Below are positions 39,740-49,805 of a stretch of 64,000 nucleotides of DNA, one piece after another. Below the pieces are notes generated by a model. That model saw only the letters and a list, made by a program, of their open reading frames with translations. It searched no databases and was not told the DNA's origin. The position numbers and the translations under genes were made by a program. Origin of the DNA: Vulcanimicrobiota bacterium (GTDB lineage: Bacteria; Vulcanimicrobiota; Vulcanimicrobiia; Vulcanimicrobiales; Vulcanimicrobiaceae); assembly GCA_963795855.1 (NCBI GenBank), contig CAWCIZ010000003.1, positions 416,001 to 480,000 on the forward strand, in the 5' to 3' direction. Position 1 is the stretch's first letter. Every line of letters begins with the position of its first letter.

Positions 39740-40873
39740 ATGGCCACCATCGCACTCCCGTTCGAGACGCGGCGCTACCTGCGCAACGTCAATTGGTATT
39801 TGATCGCGTCGGCTGCGGTGCTGACGATTTTTGGTTTCGTGGCGATTCAGTCGGCGGATTTGCACTCCGCCGGAGCAGCATCGGAATACAAGAAGCAGAT
39901 CTTTTATTCGATCGTCGGCGTCGCGGTGATGTACCTGTTCTCACGGGTCGACTATCGCAATTTCCAGCAGTGGGCACCGTGGCTGTACGGTGCGAACTTG
40001 CTGATCCTCGCGTTCGTACTCAAGGGCGGACATAACGCGCTCGGCGCGCAGCGCTGGATCTCGTTGGGACCGCTCGGGACGTTTCAGCCGTCGGAGCCTG
40101 CAAAGCTCATTCTCGCAATCTTCATCGCTTGGGGATTGTGCAAGTGGCCGTTCTACCGTATCGAGGATATGGCGCGTCCCCTCCTCGCGGTTGGCGTTCC
40201 CGCGCTGCTGATCGTCAAGCAGCCCGATCTCGGAACCACGCTGGTGCTGCTCGCCATTCTTTCAACGCAGCTCTTTTTCGGTTTGGAAAAACTGCAGTAC
40301 TTCATCGCGTACGCGGTTGGGGTAGTCGGCACCGCAGCTTTTACAGTCGGCACGAACTTCATTCTCAAGCCGTTCCAAAAAGCGCGATTGCTGGTTTTCT
40401 TGAATCCCAAGGCCGATCCGCAGGGCGCCGGCTACAATCTGAACCAGTCGAAAATTGCAGTCGGAAGCGGCGAATGGTTTGGACGGGGATTGCATCACGG
40501 CACGCAGACGCAATTGAATTTCGTGCCGGAGCACTCGCGGGATTTCATCTTTACGGTCGTCGCCGAAGAGCTTGGGTTTTTGGGCGCTGTCGTGCTCGTG
40601 GTGCTTTACGTCGGCCTGCTGTTCGGCGGAATTCAAGCAATGCTCGCAGCGCGTGATAAATTCGGCTTTCTGCTGGCTGCCGGAATCGTCGGCATGTTCG
40701 CATTTCACATCATCGTCAATGTCGGGATGACGATCGGCATCATGCCGATCACCGGAATTCCCCTGCCTTTCATGTCCTACGGCGGCTCGGCGATCATCAC
40801 GAACTTTGCCGCGGTCGGCATGCTGCTGAACATCTACGCCCAGAAAGACGGCGGCATGATAGGTAACGCTTAA
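39740..40873 (+). CDS. rodA: SEDS peptidoglycan polymerase RodA
   Basis: GAQRWI, FQPSE, QPDLGT, QSKIAVGSG, GIPLPFMSYGGS; follows minE. Confidence 0.92.
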   Translation: MATIALPFETRRYLRNVNWYLIASAAVLTIFGFVAIQSADLHSAGAASEYKKQIFYSIVGVAVMYLFSRVDYRNFQQWAPWLYGANLLILAFVLKGGHNALGAQRWISLGPLGTFQPSEPAKLILAIFIAWGLCKWPFYRIEDMARPLLAVGVPALLIVKQPDLGTTLVLLAILSTQLFFGLEKLQYFIAYAVGVVGTAAFTVGTNFILKPFQKARLLVFLNPKADPQGAGYNLNQSKIAVGSGEWFGRGLHHGTQTQLNFVPEHSRDFIFTVVAEELGFLGAVVLVVLYVGLLFGGIQAMLAARDKFGFLLAAGIVGMFAFHIIVNVGMTIGIMPITGIPLPFMSYGGSAIITNFAAVGMLLNIYAQKDGGMIGNA

Positions 40874-41496
40874 CCGCACACCTGATAGACGGCGCCGAAT
40901 TCTAACCGGGCGATCGGTTTGAACCGAGCGTCGTTTTCGAAAACGTGGCGATGCACCGGCGTATGATAGACGACGAAACACTCGCCGTTGCGCCGCGCCG
41001 CGATCGCTTCAGCCACGCGCGTAAGGGTCCGTTCACCGAATGGATTGTAGAGATACGCGACGAGATCTCCGCGCGGCAGCCGAAATGCCGAAGCGTCCGC
41101 GCGGACGATGCGCAGGTCTTTGCACGCAATCGGCGCTTGCGTTCGACGCCACCGAACGAGGTTCGCCCGAGCCGTCTCGCAGAGAGCCGACGAGACTTCG
41201 ACGCCGATGACTTGCCGAAACCGGCGCAGGCTTGCGAGCATCACCACCCGGCCCATGCCGGCGCCGTAATCCACGAACGTGTAACCCTCGAGCGGTGCGG
41301 GCACCGCGTTCAGCAGCGCGCCGAACTGCGCGACCGGCGTTGCCTCGTAATGCGTCGCGTCGTCGATTGCCTCGCCGATGGCCTCGGGGTCGAGTTCGCC
41401 CAGAAAGAGCAGAGCTTCCGTCACGACCCCATGCTCGGCATCGAAGCGCTGGCCGCTGCGGCGACCGGAGGTGGTGCGCCGGAACGCGTCGTTCAT
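40870..41496 (-). CDS. Class I SAM-dependent methyltransferase
   Basis: FVDYGAGMGR, GVEVS, YLYNPF. Confidence 0.85.
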   Translation of the reverse strand: MNDAFRRTTSGRRSGQRFDAEHGVVTEALLFLGELDPEAIGEAIDDATHYEATPVAQFGALLNAVPAPLEGYTFVDYGAGMGRVVMLASLRRFRQVIGVEVSSALCETARANLVRWRRTQAPIACKDLRIVRADASAFRLPRGDLVAYLYNPFGERTLTRVAEAIAARRNGECFVVYHTPVHRHVFENDARFKPIARLEFGAVYQVCG

Positions 41497-41545
41497 CGTG
41501 AAGCGGTGATACCACAAGAACGTATAGGTGGGAATACCTACGAAC

Positions 41546-41905
41546 ATGAGCGTCGTGAACGTCCGCGAATCGAAATCCTGGTTCTCGCTGCTGCAGACGG
41601 GCGAGACCTCGCAAACGGCCGTAATGGCAATCGGACCCGGCGAGCAAAGCGGCCCCAAGCAGAACGAGCACCCAGGCAGCGAGCAAGTCCTCTACGTCAT
41701 CGAAGGCGAGCTGTTCGCCGAGATCGGCGATCGTTCGTTCGTCATGCGTGCGGGCGACTCGACGATCGTCCGGCGGGACGTGCCGCACCGGTTTACCAAC
41801 CGCACGCACCAGCCGGCGCTCACGTTCAACGTGTACGCGCCGCCGGCTTATTCAGGGAACTCCAGCAGGCTTGTCGCTCGGGCGCCGGGAACGTCTGGCC
41901 CGTGA
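41546..41905 (+). CDS. Cupin domain protein
   Basis: NEHPGSEQVLYVIEG, PHRF.N, NVYAPPAY. Confidence 0.85.
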   Translation: MSVVNVRESKSWFSLLQTGETSQTAVMAIGPGEQSGPKQNEHPGSEQVLYVIEGELFAEIGDRSFVMRAGDSTIVRRDVPHRFTNRTHQPALTFNVYAPPAYSGNSSRLVARAPGTSGP

Positions 41906-42100
41906 CCCGGCGGGGCCCGCAGTTATGGTCCGCTGAGGCCACAGTAGAGTTTTTTCCAGAGCGTCAGGGCTCGCTAGCGTACCCGCTCGAGCGCGGCCGC
42001 CGCAGGAAATCGCACGGATTGCGATTGGATGCGAGCGCCGCTACTCGCGGAGGAGTCACCGGCCGCACTTGGCGCCTGGGCTGCAAAGGCTAGGTACCTA

Positions 42101-44812
42101 TTGTCGACCGAGCTGTTGATCTCGAGCGACCCGTGGGAAAATCGGGTCGCCATACTTGAGGACAAGGTCCTCGCGGAAATTTACATCGAGCGCGAAGAGC
42201 GAGTCATCGGCTCGATCTACAAGGGAAAAGTCCAGAACGTTTTGCCCGGCATGGGCGCCAGTTTCGTGGACATCGGCCTTGGCCGTAACGCCTTTCTTTA
42301 CGTCGACGACATCAACAAGACGCCGCTGAACATAGGCGACGTCGAGATCACCCAGGGCCGCAGCGGCTGGACGATTAGCGAAAAGGTCAACCGGGGCGAC
42401 GACGTCCTCGTCCAGATCGTCAAGGAACCGCGCGGGCTCAAGGGCGCGCGCATCAGCACGAACATCTCGCTGCCGGGCCGCTATCTCATCCTGATGCCGA
42501 CCGGAAAATATAGCGGCGTTTCCCGCAAGATCGAGTCCGCGGACGAACGCAACCGGCTCAAAGCCGTCATGAAGCGCATTCGCCCGGAGGGCATGGCGAC
42601 CGTCGTACGCACCGCCGCGGCGGGCGTGAGCGAAGCGGAACTCATCGCCGATCTCGGCGTGCTCATCCGCATGTGGCACGGCATTTTGGAGTCGTACAAG
42701 CGCGCGCCTTCGCCGTCGCTGCTGCACAAAGACATGAACTTGGTTTACAAAGCCGCGCGCGATTTCATCACCGCGGACGTCGACCGCGTATTCATCGACA
42801 GCGAAGACGAGTACAAGAAAGTTTGCTCGTTCCTCCAGCTGCTCGGCCCGCAGTATCTCGATCGCGTCGAGTATTATAACTCGGGCCGCTCGCTTTTCAG
42901 AGATTACAAAATCGACGACGAGTGGCAGAAGCTCATGAAGTCGAAGGTAAATCTTCCCTCGGGCGGATCGATCGTCATCGAAACGACCGAAGCGCTTACC
43001 GTGATCGACGTCAACTCCGGTAAATTCACGGGCGGGAAGAATCTCGAAGACACGATCGTCAAGACCAACGTCGAAGCGGCAACCGAAATCGCGCGGCAAG
43101 TACGCCTGCGCGACATCGGCGGCATCATCGTCTGCGACTTCATCGACATGAACGCGGAAGCGTCGCGCAATAGAGTGGTTGCGACCCTTGAAGCGGGGCT
43201 GCGGCGCGACCGTACGCGCTCGACGATTCAGTCCTTCAGCAACTTGGGGCTGCTCGAGTTCACGCGCAAACGCGTCGGAAAAGATTTGAGTTCGCAACTG
43301 CGCGGAACGTGCCCGACGTGTTCGGGCCTCGGTACCGTTTTGTCGGCGCAATCTATGGCGATCGACGCACTACGGAAGATTCGCGCGCACCAGCATGCCG
43401 ACGGGCAAATGGTGCTCGTTGAATCGGCGCCGACGGTGGCGGCGCAGCTTGAGTTCTGGTACGAAGACGAATGCCGTCACCTCGCCGAGCAGATGCACGC
43501 GCCGATTCACGTGCGCGTCGATCCGATGCTCCATCCGGAGAAGGTTCGCGTGCGCGACGTCGGCCAGCGCAACCTCAACGGGGTGCTGCGCGTCGGCGAC
43601 GAGCACGAAGTCGAATTGCTGCCCGGGCGTTTGCCGAATGCAACGTCCGCGGCTACGGTAATCGACGGACGCATCGTCGAGGTCGAGAACGCCGCGAACA
43701 TGGCCGGTCAAACCGCGCGGATCAAACTGATCGACGTCGACACGGATTCCGCCCTGGCGGAGCTGGCTGCAGCTGCGCCCGGTGAACGGAAAAAACGGCG
43801 CCGCGGGCGTGGTGGAAAGCGCGACCTCACGCCCGCGGAGCAGGCGCAAGAGCTTCGCGAACTCGCCGAAGAGGCGGCGAAGTTCGGCACGTCGCGGCCG
43901 CCAATCGGCATTACAACGATTACCGAGGAAGAGGAGCGCGAAGACAAGGCCGTCGTCGCCGAAGAGAAAGCCGAACGCGCGCCTGAAGCGATCGTGATCG
44001 CCGAAGGCGAGGTCCGTGAGGGCGAAGGGCGGCATCGCAAGCGTCGCCGGCGCCGGCGCGGGCGCGGAGGTCTCGCGCAGGCCGCGCAAGCCGGTATTTC
44101 GGCCGAAAGCGCGCAAGCGCAGATCGAAACCGAGGACGAGGACGAGGCCGAGACCGAGACCGAGACCGAGGAAACGCGTCACGTCGGCCAGCCGGTCGAA
44201 GGCGAAGGCGGACGCCGCCGGCGGCGCCGCCGCCGCCGTCGACGCGGTCACGGCGCGCCTGTCGAGGGCGCGATTTCCGCGGCACCATCCGCCGTACCGG
44301 ATCGCCACATCTTCCGCGTCGGCGCCGACGGGAGTGCGGAGCCAACCGGTCAGACCGCTCCGCGTGAGCCCGGCCGCGCGATCGCGCCGTGGAATCGTAA
44401 GGCACAGCCTCCGGCGGTCGAGCCGCCGCCGCCGCACCTTCGCGCACCGGAAGAAAACGCCAAGCCGACCAAACCGGCGCGCCGGCGCCGGGCGGTGCCG
44501 GAATCGAGCCGGGCGGTAATGGGCGGCGAGCTCTCGTCGACGCGAACGGCCGCGCTGCCGGCGCCGCAGCCGGCCGAGAAACCGAAGCGCACCCGCAAAA
44601 AAACTGCGGATGAGCCGGCGCCCCAAGCCGTCAAACCGAAGCGCACGCGAAAGAAGACGGCGGATGCGGGAGCCGCCGCTCCGGTGAAACGCACGACGCG
44701 CGCGCGCAAAGCCGCGGACGAGAATTCCGCAGCCGAACCTGCCGTAAAAAAGACGCGGTCTACGCGAAAGGCGTCCGGCGCGAAGCCCGCGGCGCGGAAG
44801 AAAAAGGCGTAG
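42101..44812 (+). CDS. rne: Ribonuclease E/G with a TRAM-like domain and a long disordered C-terminus
   Basis: GSIYKGKV.NVLPGM, LPGRYL, TEALTVIDVNSG, RLRDIGGII, C..C; Arg-rich, acidic and Lys-rich tail; TTG start. Confidence 0.9.
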   Translation: MSTELLISSDPWENRVAILEDKVLAEIYIEREERVIGSIYKGKVQNVLPGMGASFVDIGLGRNAFLYVDDINKTPLNIGDVEITQGRSGWTISEKVNRGDDVLVQIVKEPRGLKGARISTNISLPGRYLILMPTGKYSGVSRKIESADERNRLKAVMKRIRPEGMATVVRTAAAGVSEAELIADLGVLIRMWHGILESYKRAPSPSLLHKDMNLVYKAARDFITADVDRVFIDSEDEYKKVCSFLQLLGPQYLDRVEYYNSGRSLFRDYKIDDEWQKLMKSKVNLPSGGSIVIETTEALTVIDVNSGKFTGGKNLEDTIVKTNVEAATEIARQVRLRDIGGIIVCDFIDMNAEASRNRVVATLEAGLRRDRTRSTIQSFSNLGLLEFTRKRVGKDLSSQLRGTCPTCSGLGTVLSAQSMAIDALRKIRAHQHADGQMVLVESAPTVAAQLEFWYEDECRHLAEQMHAPIHVRVDPMLHPEKVRVRDVGQRNLNGVLRVGDEHEVELLPGRLPNATSAATVIDGRIVEVENAANMAGQTARIKLIDVDTDSALAELAAAAPGERKKRRRGRGGKRDLTPAEQAQELRELAEEAAKFGTSRPPIGITTITEEEEREDKAVVAEEKAERAPEAIVIAEGEVREGEGRHRKRRRRRRGRGGLAQAAQAGISAESAQAQIETEDEDEAETETETEETRHVGQPVEGEGGRRRRRRRRRRRGHGAPVEGAISAAPSAVPDRHIFRVGADGSAEPTGQTAPREPGRAIAPWNRKAQPPAVEPPPPHLRAPEENAKPTKPARRRRAVPESSRAVMGGELSSTRTAALPAPQPAEKPKRTRKKTADEPAPQAVKPKRTRKKTADAGAAAPVKRTTRARKAADENSAAEPAVKKTRSTRKASGAKPAARKKKA

Positions 44813-46809
44813 CGGGTGCGGGCCGGCCCGCGAAATACGCAGCATACCGTTGCTGCGTAGCTGCCAAATCGTCGCGACCGCGCAACTTTGCTCGAGCGAA
44901 TTGCGCGATCGGTTCCGGTATGCAAAAATGCGCACGATCTTCCGACTGCAAGACGCGAACGAAGCCGTAGTCCACCAGTTTCTCGAGAGCCGCCGCGGCC
45001 TCGCCCGGACGCAGCGGCGGGAATCCGCAGACGTCGCGCGCGGCGTCGGCGTCGAACGCGCGCTCGAACACGCTCAAGCGATCGAGCAGCCTTTGAGCGC
45101 GGTCGTCCAGCATGCCATACGTCCATTCGATGACCTCGCCAAGATCCAAACGCGCATGCGGCATCGAAGCGGCGAGCTCGGATACCGAGCGCGTTTTCAC
45201 GAGCGGCGCGACCAGATCGATCGCGAGCGGCAGATCTCCCAAGCGCGCGCACACGTCAAGGATTGCCGCGCGCTCGGCTGAGTCGAAAATGATTCCCGGT
45301 ACGGCTGCGGCCGCCCGCGCAGCGAAGAACGCTCTGGCGTTTTCGCGCGTGAAGGGCGCGAGGTGAAATACGCGTTCGTGGGGCGAGTCGATCGGCGCTC
45401 CGCTCGTGGCCAATATCGTCATGCGCGGCGCTTCGGCAAGCAGCGCGTCGCAAACCGGGGCAAGAGCACTGCCGAGGCGATCGCATTCGTCGAGGACGAC
45501 CAGACAATGCTTCGACGCGGCGTCCTGCAGCGTCGCGTGCACGAAGCGCGCCAGTTCGTGAGCGCTTCGTGCGGCCGTCACGTCGAAAAACCACGCGCCG
45601 TGAACGTACGCGTTCGTCAGGCGATGTGCAACAGCCAGCGCGCAATGCGTTTTACCGACGCCGGCGGGTCCGGTTAGGGTCGTCAGGCGGGAAAGAGCAA
45701 GGCTGCGCGCCAGCGCGTCCAGCTCGATCGCGCGACCGATCGTTGGTCCGGGCTGCGCCGGAAGATTTCCGTCGAAATGCGGCGATTCGTCTTCCGGGCG
45801 CGGCGTTTCGGCGATTGCGCGGTTTCCACCGGCCGATTTCGCCGCGTAGAGCGCGCGATCGACGCATCGTAGAAATGCGCGCCCTTCACCGGAGGCGGCG
45901 TTCGTATGCGCGAATCCGACGCTCGCGGTGACGATTGTATCCGGGCTTTCCGCATGGGGGATCTGGAGAGCCGCCACCGCGCGCCGCATCTGCTCCGCGA
46001 TCAGCGACGCCGTTTCGAACGAGACGCCGCCAAGAATTGCGGCGAATTCGTCGGCGCCGTAACGGCCGAAAAAATCCGTTTTGCGCGACGCGCAGATTTG
46101 CGCGGCTTGTGCCGTTTGCGCCAAGCACGAGTCGCCGGCGTCGTGACCGTACGTTGCGTTGAATTGTTTGAAGCGATCGAGATCGAGAACGATGACCGCG
46201 AGCGAACTGCCTGCATCGCGCGCGCTTTTCCATTCCGCATGGAATCGCTCTTCGAACACGGCGCGCGTCGGCGTACGGGTCACCGCGTCGACGGTCGCCA
46301 CGCCTTCCGCCCGTTCCTGAACGCCGGCCGCCAGGTAGAGGGCGCAGGTTTCCAGCAGATGGAGATCCTGCGCATCGTATGCGTGCGGCTTGTAGCTTTG
46401 AACCGACAGCACGCCGATGAATCGCGGCCCGAAGCGCAACGGCACGAAGATCGCGCTCGCAGTATCTTCTTTCGAAGCACCCGGAATTTGCAGCGGCACT
46501 TGATGCACGGGCAAATCTTCCGGCCCGGGCATCAGCAGCGCCTGGCGCGTCTGCATGACGCGATACGTTTGGGATTCGGGGAGAATCGGGACGTGCGTGT
46601 CGCGGACCATCATGCCGTGATCGTACGCGAACTCGATGTGGCCGCCGTCGTGGGACTCGAGCGCGACGAAGACGACCGAAGCGTCCACGAACTGTGCGAG
46701 CAACAGGCAGAAGCGTTCGAATAGGTCGGAAAGCGGCGCTCCGATCGAAAGCAGCTCGGCCGTCTGCCTAACCAGACTCGGTATCGCGACGGCCGCGCGT
46801 GCGTTCCAT
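44760..46809 (-). CDS. GAF + degenerate GGDEF + STAND/NB-ARC-like ATPase protein (probable frameshift near the 5' end)
   Basis: IGVLSVQS (GAF), DLDRFKQFN..YGH..GD and RYGADEF, GPAGVGKT, LVVLDECD, LPLAIDL. Confidence 0.82.
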
Positions 46810-46868
46810 AGGCGGGGTATTCGGAGCGGGCCGCGCTCCGAACTTCCGCCTCCTTTAGCCTATCCGGC

Positions 46869-48246
46869 CTACTGCACGCCGCTGGGCGAGGGCGTCCCGT
46901 CGCTGTGCGCGATTTTATCGTTCAGGTACTGCACCGCGCGAACCAGCTGCGCGTCGTGCGTGGGGTCCCCGAATCGCGCGCCTTTGTTCTCGTCGACGGT
47001 GATATCCGGCGCGATGCCCAGGTGGTTGATGTCTCTGTTGTGCGGAGTCAGGTAGCGCGCATCCGTGATCTTGATGGCGCTGCCGTCGGGGAGCGGCAGA
47101 ATCTCCTGGACGACGCCTTTGCCGAACGTACGCGTCCCGATAATCGTGCCGACGCCGCTGTCCTGAATCGCGCCGGACGTGATCTCCGATGCGGACGCCG
47201 TGTGGCCGTTCACCAAAACCGCTAGCGGCAGCGGCGGAATCGCGGTGTTTTCCGCTTCATACGTCGTGACGTCGGAGGCGCGCGATTCCACCGAAACGAT
47301 CGGACCGGAGGCGATGAACTTGGAGCTCACGTCGAGCGCCGCTTCCAAATACCCGCCGCCGTTGTCACGCAAATCCATCACGATTGCGCGCGCACCTTCC
47401 TGCTGCAAACGATCGAGAGCGCGCGTGAGCTCGGAGCCCGTGTCGCGTCCGAATACGGTCAGCGCGACGTAACCGATTTTTCCGGGGAGCATCTTGTCGT
47501 AAACGGAAAGCTGATGTATCTCCGCGCGCACGATCGCGATGGGCTGCGCGAGCTGTTTACCCGTCGCGTTCGATGGTCAATTGCACTTGCGTGCCCGCTT
47601 TACCGCGTAAACGCGACGAGGCTTGTTCCAGCGTGAGTCCCTTGGTCGAAGCGCCGTCGATTGCGGTGATGACGTCGTCCTGCTGAATTCCCGCCTTGTC
47701 GGCCGGGCCGTCGGGCACGACGTTGCTCACGTCGATGTACTTCGTCTGCGCGTCCTGCTGAATCACGATTCCCGTTCCCGCGAACGAGCCGCCGTCCAGC
47801 CCTTGATTGAGCGCGGCGTATTCTTTCGGGTTCAGGAAGACGGTGTACTTGTCGTGCACCGAATCGAGCATTCCGGAAATCGCGGCATACGCGAGCAGGT
47901 GCGCGCTGACTTTTCCGTGAGCGAGACGCGTCGCGACGTCGACTTCATGTCCAACGGCATGCGCCGTGCGCGAAACGTTGTCGCTCGCAAAAATCGGCGG
48001 CAGAGAACCCTTCACGCCCGCCGTCATCAATTCGTGCGCCATCTCGGTGCGAGCGCCGTCGACGATGCTTTGCGCGTCGGTCTTCTGATAGAAATCTGAG
48101 CGCAGTTTGTCGTAGCTGAATTGAATCTCGGTGGCGTCGAGCGGCGAGAGTCCCGAAACAGCGGCCGCGGCAGAACCCGCGGTGGGAAGTTGAGCGGCTG
48201 CCAGCAGCAGAGCGGCGGCAGCGGCAAGGGCGGTGAGACGCTTCAT
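46869..48246 (-). CDS. S41 carboxyl-terminal protease CtpA-like, copy 1 (frameshift near 47557)
   Basis: PDZ domain, DLRDNGGG, TASASEI, TFGKG, YLTP. Confidence 0.92.
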
Positions 48247-48253
48247 AAACCTA

Positions 48254-49696
48254 CTAACGTGTGAGACGCTTCAAGTATGCCTTGGCGGCGGCGAGTTGCT
48301 TGTCTTTGGCTGTATCGATGTCGGAAATATCCGGGCCTTGCGGAACGACGATATCGGGCTGAATGCCTTTGTGCTGGATGTCGCGGCCGCTCGGCGTGAC
48401 GTAGCGCTCGGTAGTGATTTTCAGCGCTCCGCCGTTCGGCATCGAGAAGATACCCTGCACCACGCCCTTGCCGAACGTCTTCGTGCCGATGAGCGTGGCG
48501 AGTTTGTAGTCCTGCAGGGCGCCCGAGGTGATTTCCGATGCGCTTGCGGTGTAGCCGTTCACCAGCACGACCGCCGGCGTGGCGCCTTGCACGACGTTGC
48601 CCGTTGCGTATTGCGAATCGCGGTTTCCGTAGCGATCGATCTCCGTGACGATAACGCCCTTGGGAACGAAAAGGCTGGAGATGTCGACCGCAGCATTGAG
48701 CAGTCCGCCGCCGTTGTCGCGAAGATCGAGAATGGTGCCTTTCGAGCCGTGCGCCTTGCCGTCGAGCAGTGCTTTGCGCACTTCGGCCGCCGACGTTTCG
48801 CCGAAGTCGGAAAGGCGAATGTATTCGTACCCGTCTTCCATCTTTGCGTGGACCGTCGGCACGTGGATGATCTCGCGCGTTATGCGATATTGATGCGGTG
48901 CCTTGCGCTTGTACGGGTGCGTCGTGATCGTCACGACCGTCCCTTCAGGGCCGCGAATCATGCGCTCGACGCGGTCGAGCGTCATGCCGTGGATGGGCTG
49001 CCCGTCGATGTATTGCACGACTTCATTCCCGCGCATGCCCGCGCGAGCCGCCGGCAACCCTTCGATGGGCTGAACGATCACTTGTCCGGATTTGAGCTGA
49101 TAGATGAATACGCCGATTCCGCCGAAGTCGCCGCCGTTGAGCTGTTCGTTCAATGCGTTGATTTGTTCGGGCGAAAGATACACGGTGTACGGGTCGTGCA
49201 GCGAGCCCAGCATACCGGCGAGCGCGGCTTGCGTGAGCTGATCGCGGCCGCTCTTTCCGAGGTACTTCGCATAGTGATCCTGAGCATAGGCGAGCTGCCC
49301 GTCGAGCACGTGCAGATCGGCGGCCGCATCTTGCGAACTTTGCGCCGCGGGCAGCGCTGCCTGAACCGAAACGTGCTTCGCCTTGAGCGCGGCGCGTAAG
49401 TAGCTTTGCAGACCGGCGTGCTCGCCTTGCACGAGCGACTGCGCGTCCACCGGTTTATAGTAGACGTGCTCCACTTGGCGGTAAGCAAGCCCGAGCAATT
49501 GCTGGTCGACCACATGCGGGCCGAGCACCGCGCCCACGTCGATCGACGCGACTTTCCCGGTTTCGTCCGCTTGATCGGCGGCGGCAACTGCAGCCGAACT
49601 GTCGGCGGCGTGCTGCGCGCGAATGTAAAACGCTCCCGCGAAGGCGATGGCTATCAAAAGTACTGCTGCGAAAAACCAGCGGAGTGCGGTAGACAC
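48254..49696 (-). CDS. S41 carboxyl-terminal protease CtpA-like, copy 2
   Basis: DPYTVY, GGIG PDZ, DLRDNGGG, TASASEI, TFGKG. Confidence 0.93.
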   Translation of the reverse strand: MSTALRWFFAAVLLIAIAFAGAFYIRAQHAADSSAAVAAADQADETGKVASIDVGAVLGPHVVDQQLLGLAYRQVEHVYYKPVDAQSLVQGEHAGLQSYLRAALKAKHVSVQAALPAAQSSQDAAADLHVLDGQLAYAQDHYAKYLGKSGRDQLTQAALAGMLGSLHDPYTVYLSPEQINALNEQLNGGDFGGIGVFIYQLKSGQVIVQPIEGLPAARAGMRGNEVVQYIDGQPIHGMTLDRVERMIRGPEGTVVTITTHPYKRKAPHQYRITREIIHVPTVHAKMEDGYEYIRLSDFGETSAAEVRKALLDGKAHGSKGTILDLRDNGGGLLNAAVDISSLFVPKGVIVTEIDRYGNRDSQYATGNVVQGATPAVVLVNGYTASASEITSGALQDYKLATLIGTKTFGKGVVQGIFSMPNGGALKITTERYVTPSGRDIQHKGIQPDIVVPQGPDISDIDTAKDKQLAAAKAYLKRLTR

Positions 49697-49805
49697 CTTG
49701 AGCGAGCGATCCTTCTACATAAAGCGGGCGGCGAGTACGTACCCGCTTAGTACCCAGATTGCGCACCTCCGGTTTCGGCCGCGGCCGCCGGAGGAACCCC
49801 TGCCG

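Noticed and set aside
44131..44250. Short tandem repeats (GAGACC, GAGGAC, CGC runs) as CRISPR or contingency loci
   Set aside because: They are in-frame codon repeats for the acidic and poly-Arg tracts of RNase E, with no repeat-spacer structure and no cas genes.
42098..44935. Long antisense ORFs (42098..43351, 43370..44935 and similar ones across the window)
   Set aside because: They are shadows of well-supported genes in high-GC DNA, Arg/Ala-rich and without motifs.
46820..46842. Inverted repeat TTCGGAGCG/CGCTCCGAA as an intrinsic terminator
   Set aside because: The hairpin is real but has no U-tract on either strand, so its function cannot be supported.
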